The translations under genes were made by a program, and so were the position numbers. A DNA stretch of 15,595 bases, taken from NCBI GenBank assembly GCA_041736305.1, contig JBGSTX010000162.1, positions 1-15,595 on the forward strand, in the 5' to 3' direction. Positions 1-8,590 of this stretch are shown in pieces. This stretch comes from Oligoflexus sp. GTDB lineage: Bacteria; Bdellovibrionota_B; Oligoflexia; Oligoflexales; Oligoflexaceae. The stretch's first letter is position 1; each line of letters opens with the position of its first letter. Under the pieces are notes generated by a model. It did no database searches and was not told the origin of the DNA. It saw nothing but the letters and a program-made list of their open reading frames with translations.

Positions 1-23
1 GGCAAAGGCCTTAGCCCAAAGAA

Positions 24-548
24 CTACTGCTTGTCTCGAAATAGGGTAAGAAACTCGCCGTAACCTTCCTTTTGCAAATCTTCTTTAGGCACGAAGCGCA
101 AAGCCGCCGAATTCATGCAGAAGCGTCTTCCCCCTTTATCCTTGGGTCCATCATCGAAAACGTGGCCCAGGTGCGAATCCGCTTGCTTAGAACGCACCTC
201 AGTTCGCACCGAAAAAAAACTCCGATCCGCTTTCTCGACTACATATTCAGCCTTGATGGGCCTCGTGAAACTCGGCCACCCGGTGCCAGAGTCGAACTTG
301 TCGAGTGAAATGAAAAGTGGCTCACCGGACACTATGTCGACATAGATCCCATCTTTTTTCAGATCCCAGTATTCGTTTTTAAAGGGCCTCTCCGTACCAT
401 TATTTTGAGTGACTTCGAACTGGATAGGCGTCAGCTTTTTCTTCAATTCATCCTTGCTCGCTTTCTCTGCGTGCAGAGCCCCCCCAGTCAGCAAGGAACT
501 CAGTATCAAAAGAACGCGTGGGAAACGCCTGGAGCTAAAGCTTTGCAT
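24..548 (-). CDS. msrB: Peptide-methionine (R)-S-oxide reductase MsrB with a probable N-terminal signal peptide
   Basis: Motifs [25 protein letters not shown] and RFCMNS (catalytic Cys). Hydrophobic N-terminus ending ALHA. SD AGGAG upstream of the ATG. Confidence 0.95.
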   Translation of the reverse strand: MQSFSSRRFPRVLLILSSLLTGGALHAEKASKDELKKKLTPIQFEVTQNNGTERPFKNEYWDLKKDGIYVDIVSGEPLFISLDKFDSGTGWPSFTRPIKAEYVVEKADRSFFSVRTEVRSKQADSHLGHVFDDGPKDKGGRRFCMNSAALRFVPKEDLQKEGYGEFLTLFRDKQ

Positions 549-590
549 GATAGTCTCCTAAGTTTCGATGAGCTGACGCCATACAGGCCT

Positions 591-1577
591 TCAGAACTGA
601 AAGCTGTAGAACATCCGGATCTTGAAAGGCTGCTCTGCACCTGCCTCGAGCTTCTTTAAAGCCTCAAAGGTCGAGGCATCCGCAGCCGGCAAACTCGCTA
701 CATTGCGCATGATGCGTATCGCTTCGGGTCGGTCGCCGCTGTAAAAGGCAGCCACTGCCACCGCCTCCTTACCAAGCAGAGGGTGCGGCGAGAGCTCAGC
801 CAGTCGTGACGCTGCCCGCTTCAGACGAGCCAGATCATCAGGATTCTTATTTTGCAGAAGCTTCATGTGAGCGACATTAAAATCAATGAGACTCGCGAAA
901 GAAAGTGGCACGGGTTCCTGACTCTCTTCCAGTTTGGCCATGGATATGTCGTATTCTACCTTCTCACTCTCAATCTTCTGCCCTAAAAAGAGCAGGAGAA
1001 CCCTGATACTGTGAGCGTCGACATCGTCGGGTTTGAGCTCGAGCAGGCGATTGCAGATAGCTAAAGCTTCGTCCGGCTTGGTCTTGCCACTCATCATCTC
1101 GGCCACGAGCTTATGAGCCGCCAGAGTCGGGTCGAGGGACTCGATCGGGGTCGAAGGCTCCAGCTGCGATACGAGTCGGATGCGCAGGAGCGCGAGCTGG
1201 TTGCGACAGTCCCTACTCAAGGGCATAGCCGGAATAGGCGGAAAATCACAGACCTGCAGAGCTTGGCGAACCATCGGGGGTTGGCACTTGAGACTCCAGG
1301 GTTGCAAATGCTTGTCTTCCACCTCGGCTAGAAATCCATTGAGACCTTTTCGCAAAAGCGGCGCATATTCCCCAGCGCAGCCTTTGATGGGCTCATTATC
1401 CAGCTTGAGCTGGGCGATACGTTCGTCGCTGAGTTCGAGAGGCAGGTTGAGATAAGTTGAGAAAAGGTGCTGACTGCCGGGTGGCTCAGGCTTGGCTGAA
1501 TGGGACTGGGGGGTAGCACATGCACTCAGCAGCAAGAGATAGGATAGGCGTAGGCTAGAACAATAGAATGTCCGCAT
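591..1577 (-). CDS. Hypothetical lipoprotein with TPR-like helical repeats
   Basis: Lipobox LLLLSAC. TPR-like segment ALAICNRLLELKPDDVDAH. SD GAGG before the ATG. Ends 42 bp before the msrB start on the same strand. Confidence 0.7.
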   Translation of the reverse strand: MRTFYCSSLRLSYLLLLSACATPQSHSAKPEPPGSQHLFSTYLNLPLELSDERIAQLKLDNEPIKGCAGEYAPLLRKGLNGFLAEVEDKHLQPWSLKCQPPMVRQALQVCDFPPIPAMPLSRDCRNQLALLRIRLVSQLEPSTPIESLDPTLAAHKLVAEMMSGKTKPDEALAICNRLLELKPDDVDAHSIRVLLLFLGQKIESEKVEYDISMAKLEESQEPVPLSFASLIDFNVAHMKLLQNKNPDDLARLKRAASRLAELSPHPLLGKEAVAVAAFYSGDRPEAIRIMRNVASLPAADASTFEALKKLEAGAEQPFKIRMFYSFQF

Positions 1578-1722
1578 AGATCCTCACTTGTTCACTCTTG
1601 AAAGAGAGACGAACGGCTACTCTTAAGATGATCAAAATTGCCGAAGGTATAAAGCGAGAAACACAAAAGATACGCAGCCCTAGAGCTAGTACGCGAATAT
1701 TCCAGCACATTCATCTATTGCT

Positions 1723-1752
1723 TTGACTTTCAGCGAACAATTTCATTATTTT
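1723..1752 (+). promoter_or_regulatory. Possible sigma70 promoter of rlmN
   Basis: TTGACT (1723-1728), 18-nt spacer, TATTTT (1747-1752), about 30 nt before the rlmN ATG. Confidence 0.4.
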
Positions 1753-1783
1753 AGGGCGATTTTTAAGTCACGAAGAGACCATA

Positions 1784-2878
1784 ATGCAAAAGCCCCATTT
1801 TCTGGCCATGAGCAAATCCGAGTACCGTGAACTCTTTAAAACCTGGGGCCTTCCCGGTTTCAGAGCCGATCAAGTCTCGCAGTGGATCTACAAGGCGGGC
1901 GTGCACGATCCGGAAGCGATGAGCAACCTCAGCAAAGATCTTCGTCAGGAACTCTTCCTTAAAATCGACTGGAGCCTTCCAGAGACCATCAGCAGCCTGA
2001 GCTCAGCCGATGGATCGACGAAACTACTTTTAAAAGGCCAAAAAGGCCATGTTATAGAGACTGTGGTGCTTCGCTATGAGGGGCGGACGAGTCTTTGCGT
2101 GTCAAGTCAGGTTGGCTGCAAGCTCGCCTGCGATTTCTGTCAGACGGGAAAGCTAGGATTTGTCCGTCATCTTGATAGGTCTGAAATCCTCGCCCAGTTG
2201 TATATAGCCAACAAATTACTCAGCGAAGAAAATCTCCGTGTGACGCATGTGGTTTTCATGGGAATGGGTGAGCCACTCGATAATTACGAGAATGCGGTCG
2301 GAGCTGCTAACGTCATGATGGATGAGGATGGCTTTTTCCTCTCCGCGCGACACGTGACCCTCTCGACTTCTGGCTTGGCCCCACAGATTGAAAAACTAGC
2401 CGGTGACAGCCGTGCAGCCCTAGCTCTCTCGCTCCACGCCGCCCGCGATGACCTGCGCACCGAGCTCATGCCGATCAATCGGCGCTACGATCTCGCTCGT
2501 CTCAAAGAGGCTTTGCTCAGCTATCAGAAAGCCACGGGCAAGAAGATCACTATCGAATATATTCTCATCAAGGATAAGAACTGTGGGCCACGGGAAGCCA
2601 AGGAGCTTGTGCGCTTTATTCACGGTCTCAAAACCAAGGTGAACTTGATACCCTTCAACGCTCACCCAGGTCTGCCGTTTCAAAGGCCTGACGACGATGC
2701 GATCCGGGCTTTTCAAAAGCATCTGGCAGATCGATCGATCCCAGCTCCCGTACGCTATTCCAAAGGTTTGGAAGTGTCGGCAGCCTGCGGACAGCTGGCG
2801 GCTAAGCATGCTGAGACTCTGCACACCAAGCCTGAGCGCCGACGTTTGGTTGAATCGGCGCTTCCTGTTCCGAGCTGA
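1784..2878 (+). CDS. rlmN: 23S rRNA (adenine2503-C2) / tRNA methyltransferase RlmN (radical SAM)
   Basis: LCVSSQVGC, the CxxxCxxC motif (CKLACDFC), FMGMGEP, SLHA, VNLIPFN and C-terminal AACGQL. Confidence 0.96.
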   Translation: MQKPHFLAMSKSEYRELFKTWGLPGFRADQVSQWIYKAGVHDPEAMSNLSKDLRQELFLKIDWSLPETISSLSSADGSTKLLLKGQKGHVIETVVLRYEGRTSLCVSSQVGCKLACDFCQTGKLGFVRHLDRSEILAQLYIANKLLSEENLRVTHVVFMGMGEPLDNYENAVGAANVMMDEDGFFLSARHVTLSTSGLAPQIEKLAGDSRAALALSLHAARDDLRTELMPINRRYDLARLKEALLSYQKATGKKITIEYILIKDKNCGPREAKELVRFIHGLKTKVNLIPFNAHPGLPFQRPDDDAIRAFQKHLADRSIPAPVRYSKGLEVSAACGQLAAKHAETLHTKPERRRLVESALPVPS

Positions 2879-2886
2879 AGGCAGGA

Positions 2887-3714
2887 TTAGCGTCGTTTGC
2901 GAAGCTCTTCCTGCCGCGCATCCTCGATCTCTTCCAGAACCGCATTGACGTCAGCCTTTTTACGGCTTTCTTCGAAGCGTCCGCTGAGAGGGGAGTCGGG
3001 TTTGAGCTTGCCGGCCTCGAAGAGCTTCCATATTTCTTGGGGATATCTGCTTTCCAAGACTTCTGGAGCCCACTGGCTGAAGTAAGCCGCGAGCTGCACG
3101 AGATCTCGCTCGAAGAGGCCGTAGGCATTCTGAGCTGTGGCCTGGATAGCCTGGGGCAGGTCGATGATAACCAGCCCGTTATGGGCAGCAAGAACATTGA
3201 ATTCGGAAAAGTCACCGTGAATATAACCGGCGCAAAGCATCTTAACGGCTTCCCGCACCAGAAATTGATAACAATCACGGGCCGACTGAGCATCTAATTT
3301 AATGTCGTTCAAGCGAGGCGCAGGATTACCATCGGCGTCGGTCACCATTTCAAGAAGCAGCACACCTTCGTAGTAACCTAGAGCGCGCGGCACGCTGACT
3401 CCGACCGAGCCGAGCAGGTAGAGAGCATCGACTTCCGTATTCTGCCATTCGAGTTCGCGTTCCTGGCGACCGTATTTACTGTTTTTCTCCATCGCCCTGG
3501 CCCGACGAGAACCGCGGACCTTCCGGCCTTCGGTATACTGCGCCTTGTGCTGGAAGGAACGATTCTTTTCTTCTTTATAAACTTTTGCGCAGCAGATCTG
3601 TCCCTTGGCGCGAACCACAAAAACAGCAGCCTCTTTACCGCTCTGCAGCTGACCGATGACTTCCTCTATCATGTGGGCATCGATCAAAGGCTGCAAACGC
3701 TTCGGTATCTTCAT
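2887..3714 (-). CDS. RIO1-like atypical Ser/Thr protein kinase (PA4780-like family)
   Basis: SGKEAAVF, CAKVY, catalytic loop IHGDFSEFNVL and metal-binding IIDLPQ. Start placed at ATG 3714 (MKIPKRLQPL, the family-type N-terminus) rather than at 3780. Confidence 0.9.
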   Translation of the reverse strand: MKIPKRLQPLIDAHMIEEVIGQLQSGKEAAVFVVRAKGQICCAKVYKEEKNRSFQHKAQYTEGRKVRGSRRARAMEKNSKYGRQERELEWQNTEVDALYLLGSVGVSVPRALGYYEGVLLLEMVTDADGNPAPRLNDIKLDAQSARDCYQFLVREAVKMLCAGYIHGDFSEFNVLAAHNGLVIIDLPQAIQATAQNAYGLFERDLVQLAAYFSQWAPEVLESRYPQEIWKLFEAGKLKPDSPLSGRFEESRKKADVNAVLEEIEDARQEELRKRR

Positions 3715-3804
3715 AAATTTTCCAGGTCCTTTGACGGCTAGCTCGTTGGCGAGGGGGCAGCAAAGCCCCGGCCCTTCCACAGGCCCTGCTTAGGCAGCTT
3801 AGAA

Positions 3805-3833
3805 AGTATATCAGCCAAGGCTTCTGGAGTCTC
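3805..3833 (-). promoter_or_regulatory. Putative extended -10 sigma70 promoter of the RIO kinase gene
   Basis: Minus strand reads GAGACT-N17-TATACT, with TG-A directly before TATACT (TGnTATACT). Confidence 0.45.
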
Positions 3834-3916
3834 GCCTGATCGCGCTTCATGAGCCTTCAAGGGGGGGAATACGGAAAAATAGCCGGGTATTCGGGGAAAG
3901 AATGCCAATAAGACAT

Positions 3917-5200
3917 TCAAAAATTGTAGGTAAGACTCAGCGGAACCCAGGTCTTTCTCATGTAATAGGCGCCGGGCTGTTCCCCGGTTTCGTCGATGCC
4001 CAGGGTGGCCGTACGATAGGCGATGCCAGCAGAAACTGAGAAAATCTCTCGCTGTTTTTTCTTCTTTTCGCGCCCTTCGCCATAATAGTGGTAGGACAAG
4101 CCGGCCGTATATTGCCGGTATGGCCTGATAAAATCGCCCAGGCCGACGATGGGGACCAGGTCCAGAGTTCCGAAGCCGGACAGGCCGTCGGGCTTGCCAG
4201 AACCAGCACCGATGGAGCTGGGCTCATAGCTGGTACCCAGGTGCAGATGCAAGCTTCTCCCTAGCAGGAGAGTGTAGCCGAGTCGAAGCGCGAAGGTGTC
4301 GTGCAGGTCCCGCTTCTTTTCCTTGAAATCTTTGAGCGAAATAGCCGCCTGATCTTTGTCGATTTCCCGGCGCTCGCCGTCGACGTGGACCCTATGAATT
4401 CCGTAGGTGGCCTTCATGCCCAGCACGAAGGAAGCAAAGGGGTTTTTAATACTATTGTCTTCCTTGCCGCTGGCACCCGGGGTTAGTCCGGCCGGTATGT
4501 TCTCCTTCACCTTGACCCTCATAACTTTTGATCCGAGGAGGTTGGCTGCAAAACCGAATTCCAGTGTTCGAGGCACGACGCTCCAACGGAAGCCGACCTT
4601 TCCGCTCAAGTTCTTGATGCCAACGAGGGCTTGAGTCAAATAAGCTTTGTTACTTGAGGTGCGAATCTCCGCAGCTGCCTCGGCCTCTAGATAGCGAAAG
4701 CTCATACCTAGTGAAAAATCGCGGCTGAGCCGGTAACCCACTGCCCCCGCGAAGAAGTTAATAAGCCTGATATCACTGACGGTGATGTCGACGAAGTCTA
4801 CCGTATTGAGCAGAGCGATAGGGAGACGAGGCAGGTTGAGCTTAGTATCCGTCGACAGAGGAGGGGCAGCCAGGATGCCAATACCCAAGCCCTGCAAGGG
4901 GCTAGCAACATAATTGAAGGGCAGGGTGTCGAGACTGATTCCGGTGTCGATGATCTCGTTTTTCGGTCGCCGCTCGACCGCCGTCTGCGGGAAGCGAAAC
5001 TTCAGCATCTGACGGCTGAAGGTATTGAGCTTCAGACTTACTCTCGATTGATTCATATAGCCGGCATTTGCCGGATTGACGTCGATATCTTCGACTTCAT
5101 TGCTTACTGCTCCCGCATCGCTGTGAAGGCTGTAGGCGAGCGCTTCAGCCGCTTTAAAAAAGCTGAGGGCTAGCAGTAGATTTCGTCGCAAGAGGGCCAA
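3917..5200 (-). CDS. Outer-membrane beta-barrel protein, OmpP1/FadL-like
   Basis: Signal peptide (..AEALA), N-terminal NPA motif (DVNPANAG) as in the FadL family, many amphipathic strands, C-terminal LSLTYNF beta-signal. TTG start with SD AAGGAG. Confidence 0.65.
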   Translation of the reverse strand: MALLRRNLLLALSFFKAAEALAYSLHSDAGAVSNEVEDIDVNPANAGYMNQSRVSLKLNTFSRQMLKFRFPQTAVERRPKNEIIDTGISLDTLPFNYVASPLQGLGIGILAAPPLSTDTKLNLPRLPIALLNTVDFVDITVSDIRLINFFAGAVGYRLSRDFSLGMSFRYLEAEAAAEIRTSSNKAYLTQALVGIKNLSGKVGFRWSVVPRTLEFGFAANLLGSKVMRVKVKENIPAGLTPGASGKEDNSIKNPFASFVLGMKATYGIHRVHVDGERREIDKDQAAISLKDFKEKKRDLHDTFALRLGYTLLLGRSLHLHLGTSYEPSSIGAGSGKPDGLSGFGTLDLVPIVGLGDFIRPYRQYTAGLSYHYYGEGREKKKKQREIFSVSAGIAYRTATLGIDETGEQPGAYYMRKTWVPLSLTYNF

Positions 5201-5221
5201 GTGAATTCTCCTTCACAGGGC

Positions 5222-5248
5222 CCATCGACGAGATTTGCTTAAGCTTGA
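5222..5248 (-). promoter_or_regulatory. Putative sigma28 (FliA)-type promoter of the barrel gene
   Basis: Minus strand TCAAG-N14-GTCGATGG, with the same spacing as TAAA-N15-GCCGATAA. It ends 21 nt before the start codon. Confidence 0.45.
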
Positions 5249-5275
5249 GAGGTAATTTGTGCCGGCTTAGGGCAA

Positions 5276-6280
5276 TTAGGCGAGATGTCCAAGCGATGGA
5301 GCCTTAACCTTGAGTCTCTCAAGAATATTGCCCACCTTCGCTGTTTCCAGGCTCTTTAGAACGCGGCTGCAAGTATCTTCAATGTCCAGACGCTCAGGCA
5401 CGGCTGAAAAATGCAGAGAGCACCGGGCTTCACCACCGTCATAGTCGAGAACCAGGGCTTGGCCCAGAGTCTGCTTCGAGTAAGGATCGAAGCGGAAAAA
5501 AGCGCCAAAGGGCATGGTGCAATCGCCACCTAAAGCTTCGAGGACACGTCGCTCTAGAGTCGCACACGCGTAGGTGCGGGGATCGCTTAGAGCCGATATT
5601 TGCAAACGAAAGGGGCTATCCGCTAGAGTCTCGATCGCAAGCGCTCCCTGGGCAGCGCAAGGGACGAACCAATCGGTGTCGAGGAGTTTATGCGGCAGGT
5701 GCATGAGACTCAAACGCTCGAGCGAGGCACCTGCTAGGATTAGTCCGTCCCAATCACCCTCATTGAGTTTGCGGATACGGGTATCGACATTGCCGCGAAT
5801 AGCCACCAGTTCGATGGGATTTTTAAGAGCCTTTAAGAGCGACTGACGGCGCAGACTGGCGGTCGCGATCGTCAGGGGTCCTAGTTTTTCGACCTGACTT
5901 CTACTCAAGATTTCGCTAGTGGGCAGATTCAGCTTTTCCAGCACTTTCGGATTAAAAATAAGCGCATCGTGGGGGATATGCCTAGGGAGGATAGCCGCGA
6001 GAGTAAAGCCCTCAGCGACCCGAGCCGGCAGGTCTTTGAGACTGTGGACGGCGAGATCTGCGGAGCCGGATTTCAAGGCCTCTTCCAGTTCGCGTACGAA
6101 GAGACCCTTGCCACCTATTTCATGCAGAAAGCGGTCCTGGACGCGATCGCCCGTAGTCTTGATGATGCTGAGCTCGGTCTGCAGACCTCGCTTTTGGAGC
6201 ATAGCCGCAACATAGTTCGCCTGCCAGAGAGCCAGTTGGCTGCCGCGAGTCGCGATGCGCAGGGGGCGTTGTGTATTCAT
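5276..6280 (-). CDS. hemC: Hydroxymethylbilane synthase (porphobilinogen deaminase)
   Basis: IATRGSQLALWQA, GGKGLFVREL, AVHSLKDLP, RGNVDTR and the cofactor Cys in GGDCTMP. ATGA overlap with the hemA stop. Confidence 0.97.
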   Translation of the reverse strand: MNTQRPLRIATRGSQLALWQANYVAAMLQKRGLQTELSIIKTTGDRVQDRFLHEIGGKGLFVRELEEALKSGSADLAVHSLKDLPARVAEGFTLAAILPRHIPHDALIFNPKVLEKLNLPTSEILSRSQVEKLGPLTIATASLRRQSLLKALKNPIELVAIRGNVDTRIRKLNEGDWDGLILAGASLERLSLMHLPHKLLDTDWFVPCAAQGALAIETLADSPFRLQISALSDPRTYACATLERRVLEALGGDCTMPFGAFFRFDPYSKQTLGQALVLDYDGGEARCSLHFSAVPERLDIEDTCSRVLKSLETAKVGNILERLKVKAPSLGHLA

Positions 6281-7635
6281 GCGTTTTTATCCGATGGAAA
6301 GAGGCTTTTGAGGGCATCAGCCAGTTGTTCAGATGTATAACCGAGCGGCGGAGTGTGGACGATACGGCCGGCATCGGCAGAAATTTTTTGAATGACCGAA
6401 CGCATCATAGCCTCTACCGCCTTGATTTGCATGGCATCGAGCGATGCGAGCGGTGAGCGGCTGAAGGACTTTTGAAACTCTTGGAGAGCTAGGGCATCGA
6501 GATACTCGCGAAAACTTGCCAGCGCCGGTTTCAAGTTCAGACTGTGGAGCCAGCGCTCGTAGTTGGTAGCGTTCTCGATGATGATGAGCTTGCCGGCCTC
6601 GGCCGCTTTCTTGCGCTCTTCAAAATTCTCACCCACCACCTGCTTGAGGTCGTCGATGTCGAAGAGATAGACGTCTTCCAGACTCGAGCAAGCGGTATCG
6701 ATATCGCGAGGTAAGGCAATGTCGATGAGAAAGAGGGGCTTCCCTCCTCGCTGCGCCTGCGAACGCTGAATGCAGGCTTTATCGAGGACGATCTCGTTCG
6801 CAGCTGTGCAGCTGATGATGACATCAGCTAACGCCAGGACCTCGTTGAGCTCTTCCCAAGGGTAAACCAGTCCAATCCCTATTTTTTCGACTAGGGCCTC
6901 GGCCCGGGACCGCGTCCGATTGCAGACGAAAAGATTTTGAGGCCCATATTTTACTAGATATTTACCCGCGACTTCAGCCATCTCACCGGCGCCGATGACG
7001 AGCACATTGCTGTTTTTAATATCGCCATAGACGCGATTGGCAAGGTCGATAGCCGCATGGCTGATCGAAACCGGCTTCTTGCCTATATCGGTCTGCGTCC
7101 GCACTTTTTTCGAGGCCGAAAAAGCTTCCTGAGTCAGACGCTTGAGAATGGGTCCTAAGGTTCCGCTTTCAGTGGCAAATTGTGCCGCATCTTTGAACTG
7201 ACCGGCAATTTGCGTCTCCCCTAGAACGAGAGAATCGAGGCCCGAGGCTACTGAAAAAGCGTGACGAGCCGCTTCTTTTTGCAGGTAGACGTAGCTGCGA
7301 TTTTTAATTTCATCATTTAGGTCAGCTTTGGGACTAGGACCAAAAAGCTGAAGATCGATAAAGATTTCGCGCAGATGGTTCTGCGTGATCTCGGTACTTT
7401 CCAAAACCCCATAAACTTCCAGACGGTTGCAGGTGGAGAGGACCAGCACCTCTTTGATTTGGTGTTTCTCGATTACACGCGGCAGTGATGCCTCTATATC
7501 CTCGCGGCTGAGGAATAGAGTCTCTCTAAAGTCCAGCCCGGCCGACTCGTGGTTAGTGCCGATGCAGAACAATACAGGAGCCTTGTCGCGCAAAGGTTCA
7601 ACTCCGGAGAGGATTCTGGAAGCCTTGTCAGTCAA
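6277..7635 (-). CDS. hemA: Glutamyl-tRNA reductase
   Basis: LSTCNRLEVY, SGLDSLVLGETQI, NADPH-binding GAGEMA and DIALPRDID. The start is probably TTG 7635 or TTG 7593 (each has GGAG 8 nt upstream), not 7671. Confidence 0.96.
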   Translation of the reverse strand: MTDKASRILSGVEPLRDKAPVLFCIGTNHESAGLDFRETLFLSREDIEASLPRVIEKHQIKEVLVLSTCNRLEVYGVLESTEITQNHLREIFIDLQLFGPSPKADLNDEIKNRSYVYLQKEAARHAFSVASGLDSLVLGETQIAGQFKDAAQFATESGTLGPILKRLTQEAFSASKKVRTQTDIGKKPVSISHAAIDLANRVYGDIKNSNVLVIGAGEMAEVAGKYLVKYGPQNLFVCNRTRSRAEALVEKIGIGLVYPWEELNEVLALADVIISCTAANEIVLDKACIQRSQAQRGGKPLFLIDIALPRDIDTACSSLEDVYLFDIDDLKQVVGENFEERKKAAEAGKLIIIENATNYERWLHSLNLKPALASFREYLDALALQEFQKSFSRSPLASLDAMQIKAVEAMMRSVIQKISADAGRIVHTPPLGYTSEQLADALKSLFPSDKNA

Positions 7636-7647
7636 GGGTTCAACTCC
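7579..7647. repeat. Imperfect 27-bp direct repeat with a 42-bp period at the ccsA-hemA junction
   Basis: agccttgtcgcgcaaaggttcaactcc (7579-7605) versus agccttgtcagtcaagggttcaactcc (7621-7647), 23/27 identical. In protein, GVEPLTDKA / GVEPLRDKA. Confidence 0.9.
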
Positions 7648-8437
7648 AATTATAGATTCCGAAGAGGCCAAGAGACAGGAGAACGAATCCAGCGATTGTC
7701 ATCCAAGCCAATTTCTTGGCCGAAATATTAAAGAGATTTCGGCTTATCAAAGTTGATAGATACCAGAGCCACACAATTATCGCCCATAAGATTTTGCCCA
7801 GAAGATCAGCCCGATCGCCATCGAAATAAAACTGCCAGAAGATGGCCCCCAGAATCAGACCGCCGGTGAGGAGAATAAACCCAACCCAAATCGTGATGAT
7901 AAGAGCCTGACTCAGTTTACTGATGGAGACTTGGGTGTGCTGCAAGAGATCGATCTGTTTGTTCTTGAGGGCACGCTGCTGGAGTAAATAGAAGACAGCT
8001 ACTCCAAAAGCAATGATTACGAAGGCTTCGCCGAGGACGCTGGTCAATATATGAGCCTTCAGCAGGCCGGTAGGACCGGCTCCCAGAGTCGTCGTGTGCG
8101 GTGAAATGAAGAAAAACTGCAAGAGAAGAATCAGAGTAGAAACAGGAGCTACTACGCTCCCCAGAGCTTTTACTCCGAATCCCATCTGAGCGAGAATCGT
8201 TATCCAACCCAGAAAAGTCACCAGCACAAAACTGCTCGTCGTGTGAGTCAGATCGTGGATATAGGCATTATAGGTATTGAAAGCCATGAGGAGGCTGGCC
8301 ACGAACATAAAGCCATAAGCGCTGCGATTGATGATATCGCGCGTCCTATGCGTCGCAAAACTATGAAGGTAGAGACCCGACGAGCATGCGAAAGCTATGA
8401 GGGCCGAGATCACACCGAGATGATAGAAGTTCAACAC
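7640..8437 (-). CDS. CcsA/HemX-like polytopic membrane protein (cytochrome c assembly protein family)
   Basis: About 8 hydrophobic segments, conserved His (KAHILTS), YLLQQRALK, GFILLTGGLILG and a degenerate WWD region. Lies directly upstream of hemA. Start is GTG 8437 or TTG 8434 (SD GAGGAG). Confidence 0.8.
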   Translation of the reverse strand: MLNFYHLGVISALIAFACSSGLYLHSFATHRTRDIINRSAYGFMFVASLLMAFNTYNAYIHDLTHTTSSFVLVTFLGWITILAQMGFGVKALGSVVAPVSTLILLLQFFFISPHTTTLGAGPTGLLKAHILTSVLGEAFVIIAFGVAVFYLLQQRALKNKQIDLLQHTQVSISKLSQALIITIWVGFILLTGGLILGAIFWQFYFDGDRADLLGKILWAIIVWLWYLSTLISRNLFNISAKKLAWMTIAGFVLLSLGLFGIYNWS

Positions 8438-8590
8438 AGTCTCCTCTTAAGTAGCGCACGAGCCCAGAACTTGGATCTTATGGCACAGACTGATCCTGCC
8501 CTCAAGATGCAGATGGCAACTTAGGTAAGCTTTGCCTAGAGCGCGCCTGTATCTCGAGTCCTGATTATATCTAAGCTCAGACTAAAAAGG

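Noticed and set aside
1623-1647. TTAAG...GCCGAAGG as a sigma28 promoter for rlmN
   Set aside because: The spacer is 12 nt, two shorter than in the other candidates.
3720-3900. GC-rich hairpins upstream of the RIO kinase gene as a riboswitch
   Set aside because: Short stems only, with no recognisable riboswitch consensus.
7579-7647. The 27-bp repeat as a mini CRISPR array
   Set aside because: Only two imperfect copies, a 15-bp gap, coding in frame, and no cas genes.
7636-7671. hemA start at TTG 7671
   Set aside because: It lies inside the ccsA-like gene. TTG 7635 and 7593 have well-spaced GGAG sites and avoid the overlap.
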